Shown here one piece after another: positions 51,054 through 59,761 of a stretch of 64,000 nt of DNA. The DNA is taken from contig JBBQFH010000006.1 in assembly GCA_038321865.1 (NCBI GenBank), positions 65,199 through 129,198 of the forward strand. The letters are read 5' to 3'. Source of the stretch: Gemmatimonadales bacterium. Its GTDB lineage: Bacteria > Gemmatimonadota > Gemmatimonadetes > Gemmatimonadales > GWC2-71-9. The first letter of the stretch is position 1; each line of letters begins with the position of its first letter. The position numbers were made by a program, and so were the translations under genes. Below the pieces are notes generated by a model that ran no database searches, was not told where the DNA came from, and was given only the letters and a program-made list of their open reading frames with translations.

Positions 51054-52087
51054 GCCGGCTGCTGCTCGCGGCGCTGGCGCTGGCGCTGCCCTCCGCCCTG
51101 GCCGCGCAGGGACAACCGGCATCAGCGGCGGCGCCGGCGGCCGCGCCCCGGGACACGACGCCCCCAGGCGCGTACTTCGGCGTGACCGAGTACCGGATGG
51201 CACGGGAGAAGCTCGAAAAGGACATGCGGCCGGGCTTCAGTGTGTACATCGTCGGCGACATGGAGGGGCTCGCGTCGGTGGTGCGGAACGCGACGGAGAT
51301 GCGGCCGGTGGACCGCGGCGGCACGCCGCAGCATGAGCGGTTCCGCCAGGAGCTGACGGACGAGATCAACGCGGTGATCGCCGGCGCGCGCGCGGCCGGG
51401 GCGACGCAGTTCATCGTGAACGAAGGTCACGGCGGCACGCTGTTCCGGAACGTGCTCGTCGAGCAGCTCGATCCCGAGGCCATCCTGATCCGCGGGTATC
51501 CCAAGCCGATCGTGATGTCCACCGGCCTCAACCCGAAGGTCAGTGCCATGATGATCGTCGGGGCGCACGCGAACGCCGGCAGTCCCGGTGTCATCTCGCA
51601 CAGTTTCGCCTTCGATTCGTTCACGGTGAACGGCCGGATGCTGAACGAGACCGGGATCGTGGCGTTCATCGGCGGCGAGATGGGCGTGCCGATGATCCTG
51701 GCGTCGGGGGACGATGCGCTCACCCGGGAAACGAAGGAGATGCTCGGACCGCTGGAGACCGTCACCGTGAAGACGGTCTTCTCGGGCTCGGCGGCCGCGA
51801 CGGTCGCACCGGCGAAGGTGCACCGCCAGCTGCGCGAGGCGGCGGCGCGCGCCGTTCGCCGGGCCAGGGCCGGACAGCTGCATCCGCTCGTGCTGGAGAA
51901 GCCATACAACGTTCGCTTCTGCCTCCGCCAGGGCTACGTGCGGGACGAGTGGGTCCGGACGACCGTGGGCCGCCTGCCGGGGGTCCACGACGGCGGAACG
52001 CCGGGCTGCTTCACCTTCACGACGTCATCCGCCGAGGAGGTGGGGAACCTGCTGAACGGCGTCGAATGGACCGTGCTCAAGCCGTGA
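51050..52087 (+). CDS. M55 family metallopeptidase (DppA-like), secreted, tandem paralog
   Basis: VYIVGDMEGLASV, IVNEGHGGTL, VGAHANAGSPGVISHSF and MILASGDD. ATGA overlap with the preceding paralog. Confidence 0.85.
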   Translation: MSRLLLAALALALPSALAAQGQPASAAAPAAAPRDTTPPGAYFGVTEYRMAREKLEKDMRPGFSVYIVGDMEGLASVVRNATEMRPVDRGGTPQHERFRQELTDEINAVIAGARAAGATQFIVNEGHGGTLFRNVLVEQLDPEAILIRGYPKPIVMSTGLNPKVSAMMIVGAHANAGSPGVISHSFAFDSFTVNGRMLNETGIVAFIGGEMGVPMILASGDDALTRETKEMLGPLETVTVKTVFSGSAAATVAPAKVHRQLREAAARAVRRARAGQLHPLVLEKPYNVRFCLRQGYVRDEWVRTTVGRLPGVHDGGTPGCFTFTTSSAEEVGNLLNGVEWTVLKP

Positions 52088-52587
52088 CGGTACCGATCCA
52101 GGCCACGGCGGATCTCTGCGACGCGCATGCCGAAGAGATGCGTGTCGCGACACCGCTGCTGCGCGACTATGGCGGAGCGCGGAGCTTCCGGGGCGAAATC
52201 ACCACGCTGCGGTCGGTGGAGGACTATCGGCCGGTGCTTCGAGCGCTGGAGGAGCCCGGCCGCGGGCGGGTGCTCGTGGTGGACGGCGGCGGGTCGCTTC
52301 GGCGCGCGATCCTCGGTGAGCGCCTGCTGCACACGGCGCGCCGAAACGGGTGGGCCGGAGTGGTCATCAATGGCGCGGTGCGTGATTCGGCGATGACGCT
52401 CGAGATCCCCATCGGGCTCCGGGCGCTGGGGACGGTGCCCTGCCGGGGCGAATCGGGCGCGGTCGGTGTGCGGGACATGCCGGTGGAATTCGCCGGTGTC
52501 GTCTTCCGGCCGGGCGAGTGGCTCTGGTCCGATCCGGATGGCATGGTGGTCGGTGACGCATCGCTGGGCGCCGGTGAGGTGGCATGA
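52084..52587 (+). CDS. rraA: RraA family protein (RNase E regulator / HMG-aldolase-like)
   Basis: ATADLCDAH...FRGEITTLRSVEDYRPVLRALEEPGRGRVLVVDGGGSLRRAILGERLL...GWAGVVINGAVRD is the typical RraA pattern. GTG 52084 overlaps the previous stop. Confidence 0.85.
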   Translation: MTVPIQATADLCDAHAEEMRVATPLLRDYGGARSFRGEITTLRSVEDYRPVLRALEEPGRGRVLVVDGGGSLRRAILGERLLHTARRNGWAGVVINGAVRDSAMTLEIPIGLRALGTVPCRGESGAVGVRDMPVEFAGVVFRPGEWLWSDPDGMVVGDASLGAGEVA

Positions 52588-53357
52588 CGCCGGTCGTCCG
52601 TTTTCTCCTCGTCGCCAACGGCCTCGCGTACCTCCTGATCAACCTCATGTTTCCGCAGCTGGGGCTGTCCGACCTGCTCGCCTTCCAGCCGCTCGCCTTG
52701 CTGCTCCGCCCGTGGACGCCCATCACGTACATGTTCGTTCACGCGGACTTCGGCCACATCTTCTTCAACATGCTTGCGCTCTTCTTCTTCGGGCCGCGGG
52801 TCGAGTCGCGGCTGGGGAGCGCGCGGTTTGCCGGCCTGTATCTGGTCAGCGGGCTGGCCGGCGCGGGGCTCTCGTTCATCGAGCCGGTGGCCGCGATCAT
52901 CGGCGCGTCGGGCGCCGTGTTCGGCGTCCAGCTCGCCTTCGCGCGCTACTGGCCACGCGATCGGATCCTGATCTGGGGGGTCCTGCCGGTGGAGGCGTGG
53001 GTACTGGTGATCGTGATGACCGGCATCTCGATCTTCGGCGGTATCGGCCGGACGGGGAACGTGGCGCACTGGGCCCACCTGGGAGGCTTCGCGGGCGCGG
53101 CCATCTACCTGGCACTGATGGAGCGCATCTCGCCCGCCCGGAAATTCCGTGAAGAGAGCCGGCCGGTCACCCGCGTGCCGGGCATTCTGGGCGAGCGGGC
53201 CTCGCTCGAGCGCTGGAATCGGATCAGCGGCGCCGACATGCACGAGGTCAACCGGGAGGAGCTCGACCGCATCCGCTCCGTGCTCTCGCAGCGGGGACTG
53301 GCCGGCCTCACGGCGGAAGACCGGGCGTTTCTCGAGCGATTCAGCGCCGGAAAGTGA
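52584..53357 (+). CDS. Rhomboid family intramembrane serine protease with C-terminal soluble extension
   Basis: HADFGHIFFNMLALFFFGPRVE, the catalytic-Ser motif IGASGAVFG, and AHLGGFAGAAIY. About 75 soluble residues follow the last TM. Confidence 0.85.
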   Translation: MTPVVRFLLVANGLAYLLINLMFPQLGLSDLLAFQPLALLLRPWTPITYMFVHADFGHIFFNMLALFFFGPRVESRLGSARFAGLYLVSGLAGAGLSFIEPVAAIIGASGAVFGVQLAFARYWPRDRILIWGVLPVEAWVLVIVMTGISIFGGIGRTGNVAHWAHLGGFAGAAIYLALMERISPARKFREESRPVTRVPGILGERASLERWNRISGADMHEVNREELDRIRSVLSQRGLAGLTAEDRAFLERFSAGK

Positions 53358-53401
53358 CCAACGCTTCCGGCTGACCGTCCAACTTCAATACCGGCTCGCC
53401 C

Positions 53402-53674
53402 ATGCCCTGCCTCGTCGTCCTGCTTGCGCTGGCCCTGCCCCGCCTGGCGATCGCGCTGCTCTGGTTCCTGACCACCTGGTTTCACGGGATGTTCGGGACG
53501 CTGCTGTGGCCCATCCTCGGATTCGTTTTTCTGCCGACCACGCTCCTCTGGTACAGCGCGGTGCAGCACTGGTTCGGCGGCCAGTGGACCTTGTGGCCGG
53601 TGATCGGCATCGTGGTCGCGATGCTGATCGACCTGTCACCGGCCAAGCGGCGCCGGCCGGCCCGCGCCGAGTGA
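53402..53674 (+). CDS. Small hypothetical membrane protein (about 3 TM)
   Basis: The 90-aa ORF is hydrophobic and W/L-rich (LLWFLTTWFHGMFGTLLWPILGFVFLPTTLLWY). Its composition is unlike the antisense artefacts. No family recognised. Confidence 0.55.
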   Translation: MPCLVVLLALALPRLAIALLWFLTTWFHGMFGTLLWPILGFVFLPTTLLWYSAVQHWFGGQWTLWPVIGIVVAMLIDLSPAKRRRPARAE

Positions 53675-53696
53675 CACGACCGACGGCGGCGCATCA

Positions 53697-54365
53697 ATGA
53701 GGCGTGCGGCCTCAGCCGGCCGGTGGAGCTGGATCGGCATCGCCGCCGCGGCCGGGTTCGCGGTGTCATCGGTCGGAGCCGGAGTGTTGCAGTGGCCGCG
53801 GGATCGCTTCGTGGCGGGCTGGGCACTCGTCGCGGCACTTCTTTCTGCGGTGTTCGGGCGCGCGATCGGGGTCCGCTGGCGGACGCAGCTGCGCCGCCGC
53901 TGGACGGCGGGACTGGCCATGGGCCTGCTGACCGGCGGGTTGCTCGCCCTTACGGTGCTCCGGCAGCCGTCGTCGGCGCATCGCGGCGGTGCGGCCCTCG
54001 CGCTCGATCTGGTGTGGCTCGCCGTGATCTATGGGGCGGCCGACGCGCTCGTGCTGAGCGTCATTCCCGTACTGGCGATCTACGGCAGCCGGCCGGCCGA
54101 CGAGCTGGCCCAGCCGGGCCGACGGCTTCGCTGGGCCGGCGCGGCCCTGCTGGCGAGCCTGGCGGTGACCGCCGCGTATCACCTGGGATTTGCCGAATTT
54201 CGCGATGGCCGGCTGCTGCAGCCGCTGATCGGCAACGCGCTCATCACGATGGCATATCTGCTGAGTGGAAGTCCGGTGGCGCCGGTGGTGGCGCATATCG
54301 TCATGCATGCGGCGGCGCTGCTGCACGGAGCGGCGACGACGGCGCAGCTGCCACCGCATTACTAG
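53697..54365 (+). CDS. Hypothetical integral membrane protein
   Basis: 222 aa with about 6 hydrophobic helices and plausible codon and amino-acid composition. No family recognised. Confidence 0.6.
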   Translation: MRRAASAGRWSWIGIAAAAGFAVSSVGAGVLQWPRDRFVAGWALVAALLSAVFGRAIGVRWRTQLRRRWTAGLAMGLLTGGLLALTVLRQPSSAHRGGAALALDLVWLAVIYGAADALVLSVIPVLAIYGSRPADELAQPGRRLRWAGAALLASLAVTAAYHLGFAEFRDGRLLQPLIGNALITMAYLLSGSPVAPVVAHIVMHAAALLHGAATTAQLPPHY

Positions 54366-54383
54366 CTCGAGGCGGGCCGGTCG

Positions 54384-54779
54384 ATGGACTATCACCTGAG
54401 CGAGACGCCGATCACAGTCGTCGGTGAGCTGACTCGCGTCCCCATCGCGTTCATCGTGGACCGCGTCCTCGACGTGAGTCCATGCGACGCCGGGCTCGGC
54501 GGCATGCTGCTCCGCGAGCGCTCGCTGGCCACGCCGTACACGAAGGATTATGACGCCGTCGACGGCCCGGCCAGCTGGGCGCGCCGCTTCGACACGTCGC
54601 CGTGGGCGGCCGTGCGAGGATACCGGCAGCTCAAGATCGAAACCCAGAACATCAACGTGCCCGCCTGCCGCTTCTACGCCGCCCGGGGATGCACGCTGGG
54701 GTCGATCGACCGGCATGCCTATCCCGGTCTGCCCAACGAGGTGCGGCTTTGCTGGTACAAGGAGCTCCCGGCGTGCTAG
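54384..54779 (+). CDS. Streptothricin-acetyltransferase-like GNAT, apparently lacking the central acetyl-CoA-binding segment
   Basis: The N-terminus (PIAFIVDRVLDVS...YTKDYD) and C-terminus (LKIETQNINVPACRFYAARGCTLGSIDRHAYPG...LCWYKEL) match the SatA-type GNAT pattern. Only about 4 residues link them, where about 55 are expected. Confidence 0.6.
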   Translation: MDYHLSETPITVVGELTRVPIAFIVDRVLDVSPCDAGLGGMLLRERSLATPYTKDYDAVDGPASWARRFDTSPWAAVRGYRQLKIETQNINVPACRFYAARGCTLGSIDRHAYPGLPNEVRLCWYKELPAC

Positions 54780-55213
54780 CCGATCGGCCAATCGAGTTTC
54801 ACCGCGGACCCTGCCTGTTGACGACAGACCGCCGCCGAATCCCGCGGGAAGCGGCGCTGGCGCTGCTGGCGGACACCCACTGGGCACAGCAGATCCGGGC
54901 GGCGACCTTCGGACGCGCGATGGATCACTCGGTGTGCTTCGGCATGCTGCTGGACGGCAGCCTCGTGGGGTTCGCCCGCGCGGTGACCGATCTCGCGACC
55001 TATGCGTACTGGACCGACGTCGTCATCGCCTCCCGCCATCGCGGCGAGGGACTCGGCCATTGGCTGGTCGAGTGCATGCTGGCGCATCCCGAGCTGCAGG
55101 GGTTCCGCCGCATCGCGCTGCTCACTCGAGACGCGCAGCCGCTCTATGCCGAATTCGGCTTCACGACGAGTCTCGGCCCCAGCACCTACATGGAGCGGGC
55201 CCCGGGGCCGTAG
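54773..55213 (+). CDS. GNAT family N-acetyltransferase
   Basis: VGFARAVTDLATYAYWTDVVIASRHRGEGLGHWLVECMLAHPEL...PLYAEFGF carries GNAT motif A (RGxGLG). GTG 54773 overlaps the previous gene end. Confidence 0.8.
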   Translation: MLADRPIEFHRGPCLLTTDRRRIPREAALALLADTHWAQQIRAATFGRAMDHSVCFGMLLDGSLVGFARAVTDLATYAYWTDVVIASRHRGEGLGHWLVECMLAHPELQGFRRIALLTRDAQPLYAEFGFTTSLGPSTYMERAPGP

Positions 55214-55239
55214 GCCGCCGCGGCTCCCGTGCACCGGCC

Positions 55240-55698
55240 TCAGTTGGCCGGCTTCTGCTGCAGCAGCGTGGCCACGTCCAGGTTCCTGTGCGCGAGGGCG
55301 ACGTCTTCCGGAAGCTGGCCCTGCTCGTTGGCCACGGACCGATCGGCCCCGGCGGCGAGCAGCGCCGCCGCGGCGTCCCGTGAGCCGGATTCGGCCGCGT
55401 GGTGGAGCGCGGTGTTCCCCGTCAGATTGGTCGCGTCGATGCCGGCGCCCCGGGCGAGGAGCACCCGGATCGCCGCGGGCCGGTTGTACCATGCGGCCCA
55501 GTTGAGCGCGCGCCGGCCGTTGGGAGAACGCCGGACATCGAGCGAATCGACTCTCGCTCCGTCATCCAGCGCGCGGGTGATCGCAACCGTGTCACCCGCC
55601 ATCGCGGCATCCCAGAGACGGCTCTGCGGAGTCTGGGCCAGGGCCGGATGCGCTCCGGTGACGCAGAGTCCGACGAGCACGAGCAGCGCGCGCGTCAT
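55240..55698 (-). CDS. Secreted ankyrin-repeat protein
   Basis: Signal peptide MTRALLVLVGLCVTGAHPALAQ. Ankyrin repeats include GRRALNWAAWYNRPAAIRVLLARGAGIDA and GNTALHHAAESGSRDAAAALLAAGAD. The ATG overlaps the TAA of the upstream gene by 1 nt (TAATG). Confidence 0.85.
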   Translation of the reverse strand: MTRALLVLVGLCVTGAHPALAQTPQSRLWDAAMAGDTVAITRALDDGARVDSLDVRRSPNGRRALNWAAWYNRPAAIRVLLARGAGIDATNLTGNTALHHAAESGSRDAAAALLAAGADRSVANEQGQLPEDVALAHRNLDVATLLQQKPAN

Positions 55699-58232
55699 TA
55701 CCGCGCGAACCAGTACGACACCTTCACCAGGAAGGTGTCGTTCGCTCGCTGGCGGAAGAGGTCGCCCAGATCGCCGGCGAACGACCTCACCCCTTCGATC
55801 GGCGCCGACCCCTGGCGTCCCTGGCTCCAGACCAGGAAGAGCGTCGAGCCCGCCCGGTACTCCCAGCGGAACACGACGTTCGAGCGAAACTCCTTGACGT
55901 TGAATCCACCCGGATCGGCGGCGACGGACGGATCGCCGTAGGGCTGGAAGCGCGCGTCATAATCGGCGGCGCGGGCGTCGGCCAGCTCGCGGACGTCGGA
56001 GTACGTGCCCTTGGACACGAAGGGTGAGGCGTAGACCTGGAGCGACGCGGTCGGCGTGAAGGTGTAACCCAGCCGCCAGGTCAGGCTCAGCGTCTGCTGA
56101 TCCAGGTGCGCGAAGGTGTAGTGCGCCACGGCCGTGCTGTCGGTGAAGGTCCCGAAGTACTGCGAGTCATCGCGATTGGTGCTGTAGCTCGCGCTGACCG
56201 AGGTGGTGAATCGCGTCGACACCTTGAGATCCAGCTCGGGCGACAGGTTGAGCCGGCGCGAATGGCCCTGGTCTCCCCGGAAATAGTTGAACCAGAGCGA
56301 GGGCACCAGCCCCTTGCGATCGTCGCCCACGATGCCGCCCCACGGGGCGATATACGGATCCTGCCGGATGGCCGGCCCTCCGCGTGCGCACCGGTCGCAG
56401 AAGGTCGTGCCGACCTGGCCGAGCGTGCCGCCGGTGTGCAGCCACCAGCGATTGTTGAACTGAGTGTGGATGTTGGTGTTGAAGGCGCGCTCGGTCGGCA
56501 GCCCCGCCAGCGTCCAGTACTCCCAGTTGTTGAAGTTCCAGCGGAACTGCTGGAACACCCGGTTGGGCTTCCGGAACGCCAGCGCCGCCCAGCTGGTCCA
56601 CTGCTGCTGGTCGGCCTGGCGAAGGAAGCCGATGTCGTTGATCTCGAATCCCGGCGAGCGGCGCTGGTAGGCCGTCTCGAACTGGAGACGATTGCCGCCG
56701 ACCTTGGCGAACCGCATCTCCATGTTGGTGCCGCTGAGCGACGTACGCGTGGAGTCGAATGTGAGCGGGCCGTCGGGGCGCTGGTACAGGTGCACCGGAT
56801 CGCGCTGGGTCGACGCGATGGCCTCGGGTGTGCCGCCGATGCGGCTGAAGTCGAGCGAAGCCGACGCCTCGAACCGGCCGGCGAAGCGCCGACGGGCGTC
56901 GAGCCCGCCGCTGTATGCCTCACGATGGAGGTACGGTTCACTCGACGGATCGAGTGAACGATTCACGCCGGTCAGGATGAAGCCGACGCTGCCGTTGCCG
57001 TTGGCGTAGTCCTGGTTGCCGCGGATGACACCGTAGTTGGTGGTCGGCTCGAGTGTGCTGCCGGCGGGACCGTCGACCCGATCCGTCACCGCATCCAGAA
57101 TCCCGAGCGAGAAGCCGCCCGGCAGGCGACCGGTCACCTTGCCGGCGCCAAGAATTCGGGTGGACGTCGCGGAGGACTCGTCGCCGTACCGGCCGCCCAG
57201 CTGAGGTGACCGGCCGATTCGCCGGGAGTAGAAGAGTCCCTCACCAGTGTTGCAGTCGACGACGATGACGCAGTTCACGCTGAAGGTGAAGAGCCCTTTC
57301 CCCTCGACGAAGAAGGGCCGGCGCTCGCTGAAGAAGGTCTCGAACGCCCCCAGGTTGAGCACCGAGGGATCGGCCTCGACCTGACCGAAGTCCGGATTGA
57401 CCGTGGCATTCAGGAGCAAATTGGACGCAATGCGGTATTTCAGGTCGCCACCGACCGTCAGCTTCTGGTCGCGTCCGAAGCTGCTCGACGCCGGCCGCTG
57501 TACGTTCTGGGTCACGACATAGGGTGTAATCTCGGCGTGGCCGGGACTGCTGAGGGTGTCCAGTCCGCTCAGGCTGCCGAACTGGGAGACGAGCCCCGAT
57601 CTGGAGCCGCGGTAGAGCGGCCACGTGATGGTTTCGGTGTAGCGCTGCACGACCCGCCAGATCAGAATGCCGAACGTTCCCGCGCCCTGCTTCCGGGAGT
57701 AGCGCATTTGCGAGAGCGGCAGCCGGTATTCGGCGGTCCATCCCAGCGAATCGATCCTTGTCGCGACATCCCAGATCGCATCCCAGGCATCGTCCTCGTT
57801 GCCGTCGTTGTAGATGGCATAGTCCGCCTTGACCCCGACCGGGTTCACCGAGAACTCGTAGCCGGTTCGCCGGTCGTGATACGAATCGAGCATGACGGTG
57901 ATGTGGTCGGACGCCGTCTGCTCATCCCGTCGGGAGAGGAGCCTGACGATGCTGTCGGGGTGGGGATCGAAGGCCCGCACGAACACGTACAGATTGTGGT
58001 CGTCGTAGGCGACGCGCGCTGCGGTCCGCAGTTTGGGCGGGGCGCCTTCGGTCGGGCGCGCCTCGAGGAACTGGTCGATCACCGGGGCTTCCCGCCACAC
58101 GGCATCGTCGTCCCGCCCGTCGAGGACGGGCGCGACGACGGCGCGCGTGGCATGCACCGTGGCCGGGATCGGTGTCGCGAGCGGCGCCGATTGCACCTGC
58201 AGCATCAGCAGCATGCCCATCAATGCAGTCAT
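55698..58232 (-). CDS. CBM9-like / DUF5916 family outer-membrane-type protein (paralog 2)
   Basis: I start at ATG 58232 (MTALMGMLLMLQVQSA). PVLDGRDDDAVW...WTAEYRLPLSQMRY aligns with 14850..17501. The beta-rich C-terminus ends VKVSYWFAR. The longer ORF-track start would overlap the upstream gene by 50 nt. Confidence 0.8.
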   Translation of the reverse strand: MTALMGMLLMLQVQSAPLATPIPATVHATRAVVAPVLDGRDDDAVWREAPVIDQFLEARPTEGAPPKLRTAARVAYDDHNLYVFVRAFDPHPDSIVRLLSRRDEQTASDHITVMLDSYHDRRTGYEFSVNPVGVKADYAIYNDGNEDDAWDAIWDVATRIDSLGWTAEYRLPLSQMRYSRKQGAGTFGILIWRVVQRYTETITWPLYRGSRSGLVSQFGSLSGLDTLSSPGHAEITPYVVTQNVQRPASSSFGRDQKLTVGGDLKYRIASNLLLNATVNPDFGQVEADPSVLNLGAFETFFSERRPFFVEGKGLFTFSVNCVIVVDCNTGEGLFYSRRIGRSPQLGGRYGDESSATSTRILGAGKVTGRLPGGFSLGILDAVTDRVDGPAGSTLEPTTNYGVIRGNQDYANGNGSVGFILTGVNRSLDPSSEPYLHREAYSGGLDARRRFAGRFEASASLDFSRIGGTPEAIASTQRDPVHLYQRPDGPLTFDSTRTSLSGTNMEMRFAKVGGNRLQFETAYQRRSPGFEINDIGFLRQADQQQWTSWAALAFRKPNRVFQQFRWNFNNWEYWTLAGLPTERAFNTNIHTQFNNRWWLHTGGTLGQVGTTFCDRCARGGPAIRQDPYIAPWGGIVGDDRKGLVPSLWFNYFRGDQGHSRRLNLSPELDLKVSTRFTTSVSASYSTNRDDSQYFGTFTDSTAVAHYTFAHLDQQTLSLTWRLGYTFTPTASLQVYASPFVSKGTYSDVRELADARAADYDARFQPYGDPSVAADPGGFNVKEFRSNVVFRWEYRAGSTLFLVWSQGRQGSAPIEGVRSFAGDLGDLFRQRANDTFLVKVSYWFAR

Positions 58233-58308
58233 CGGTAGCGGTCCGTGCGAATGGTGGAACTTGGACAGCCGAAGCGCCCAAAGGGTTGCATGGTCCGGGC
58301 GGATTGAC

Positions 58309-59652
58309 TCACGGGAACGGGCGCGGGCGTGGCTGAGGCCACGGCCACGGATCGACACCGCTCCGGCCTGCGATGCCGCGGATCGCGGCGGCGCGCACCT
58401 CGGGATCCTTCGATTCGAGGAGCTCGGTCAGCCGCTCGGACCGCTCGCCGGAATGAATGAGTGCCCGGATCTCGGCTTTGCGGCCTCGCGGATCCTGTTC
58501 GCGCGCCAGCGCGGTGCGGAGCGCCGGGATCGCCGCGCCGTCCCCAATTTCCGAGAGCGCCCATGCCGCTTTCATCCTGACGCCCGCATCGCTGTCGCTC
58601 AGCGCGTCGATCAGGCCCTTGGGAGCAGGCTGCACACCCAGCTGGCCCAGGGCCCAGGCCAGCGTGCCGCGGACGCGCGCGCTCCGCTCCGACGCAATCA
58701 TCTCTCCCAGGCCTGCCACCGCGGCGTGGTCATCGCGCTCGGCGATAGCCCAGGCCGCCATCTCCCGAACCGATTCGTCGACATCGCTGCGCGCCGCCTG
58801 CAGCAGCGCGGGTGCGCTCGTCCGGTCATTGATGGTGCCGATGGCCCAGGCGCACATTTCCCTGACGGTGGGGTCGCGATCGCCTTTCAGCGCGGCCGCG
58901 AGCCCGTCCATCGATTCGCGCGCTTCGAGCTGTCCCAGCGCCCAGGCCGCGGTGCGGCGTACCGCCGCCACCGTGTCATCGCGGAGCAGGCGCAGCAGCG
59001 CGGGCGCCGCGCTGGCCGAATCGAGTTGTCCCAGCGTCCCGGCCGCCGCCTGCCGTACCAGCGCGGAGCGGTCGCCGATGACCGCGCTCACCGGGCGGAC
59101 CGCGCGGCCGTCGCCGATCCGTCCGAGGGCCCAGACCGCATCGGCCCTGGTGCCGGCGGCGGGATCCTGGATGGCGCGGATCAGCGGCGCCACCGCGCTC
59201 TTCGCACCGACGAGTCCAAGCCCCAGCGCGCCGAGCATGCGGACGGTGGAGTCCGGCGCCGTCAGCCGCTGGGTCAGGCCGCCCGCGACCTGGCTGGTGT
59301 CCTGGATGCCCAGCAGCCGGACCGCGAGTTCGCGCACGCACGCATCATCGGTGGACAGGCTCTCAAGGAGGAACTGGACATCCTCCGGTGACGCCGTTGC
59401 CCGTCCGTCCCGGCGCGAATGCCACCAGTCGGAGCGAGGCAGGGCCGTGGCGGGTGCGTCGTACCATCCGCCCCACCCGTTGCCGACCGCGCCCGCTGCG
59501 AGGGCGCAGACCGCGGCGGGAGCCCCCTGCGCCGCTGCGATGAGATCTCGAATGCCGCCGGGCGCCGCCGCGACATCCACGGACGACGCCGGCTGCGCCG
59601 CGGGGGACAGGGTGACGGCCGCCGCGAGCGCGGCTCCGATGAGGCGTATCAT
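58309..59652 (-). CDS. Secreted HEAT-repeat protein ending in PWPWPQPRPRPFP
   Basis: Signal peptide MIRLIGAALAAAVTLSPAAQP (ATG 59652, with GGGAG 5 nt upstream; ATG 59664 is the alternative). It has about 10 HEAT/PBS-lyase-type repeats (VRRTAAWALGQL, VREMCAWAIGTI, VREMAAWAIAE, VRMKAAWALSEIGD). Confidence 0.85.
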   Translation of the reverse strand: MIRLIGAALAAAVTLSPAAQPASSVDVAAAPGGIRDLIAAAQGAPAAVCALAAGAVGNGWGGWYDAPATALPRSDWWHSRRDGRATASPEDVQFLLESLSTDDACVRELAVRLLGIQDTSQVAGGLTQRLTAPDSTVRMLGALGLGLVGAKSAVAPLIRAIQDPAAGTRADAVWALGRIGDGRAVRPVSAVIGDRSALVRQAAAGTLGQLDSASAAPALLRLLRDDTVAAVRRTAAWALGQLEARESMDGLAAALKGDRDPTVREMCAWAIGTINDRTSAPALLQAARSDVDESVREMAAWAIAERDDHAAVAGLGEMIASERSARVRGTLAWALGQLGVQPAPKGLIDALSDSDAGVRMKAAWALSEIGDGAAIPALRTALAREQDPRGRKAEIRALIHSGERSERLTELLESKDPEVRAAAIRGIAGRSGVDPWPWPQPRPRPFP

Positions 59653-59684
59653 GTTCGCTCCCATGAATGAAGACTCCGGTGTGG

Positions 59685-59714
59685 TGAAATTTCAGCACTA
59701 CAGTGCAAAAGAAA
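59685..59714 (-). promoter_or_regulatory. AT-rich 30-bp motif copy A (candidate operator/promoter) upstream of the HEAT gene
   Basis: TGAAATTTCAGCACTACAGTGCAAAAGAAA matches 62177..62206 at 20 of 30 ungapped positions. The blocks TGAnATTTCAnCAC and AAAAG are shared. It contains the inverted repeat GCACT-ac-AGTGC. Confidence 0.45.
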
Positions 59715-59761
59715 TGGGCGACGCGCGAGTCACGCGGCGCCCATGTATCCGGGCGCCTGGC

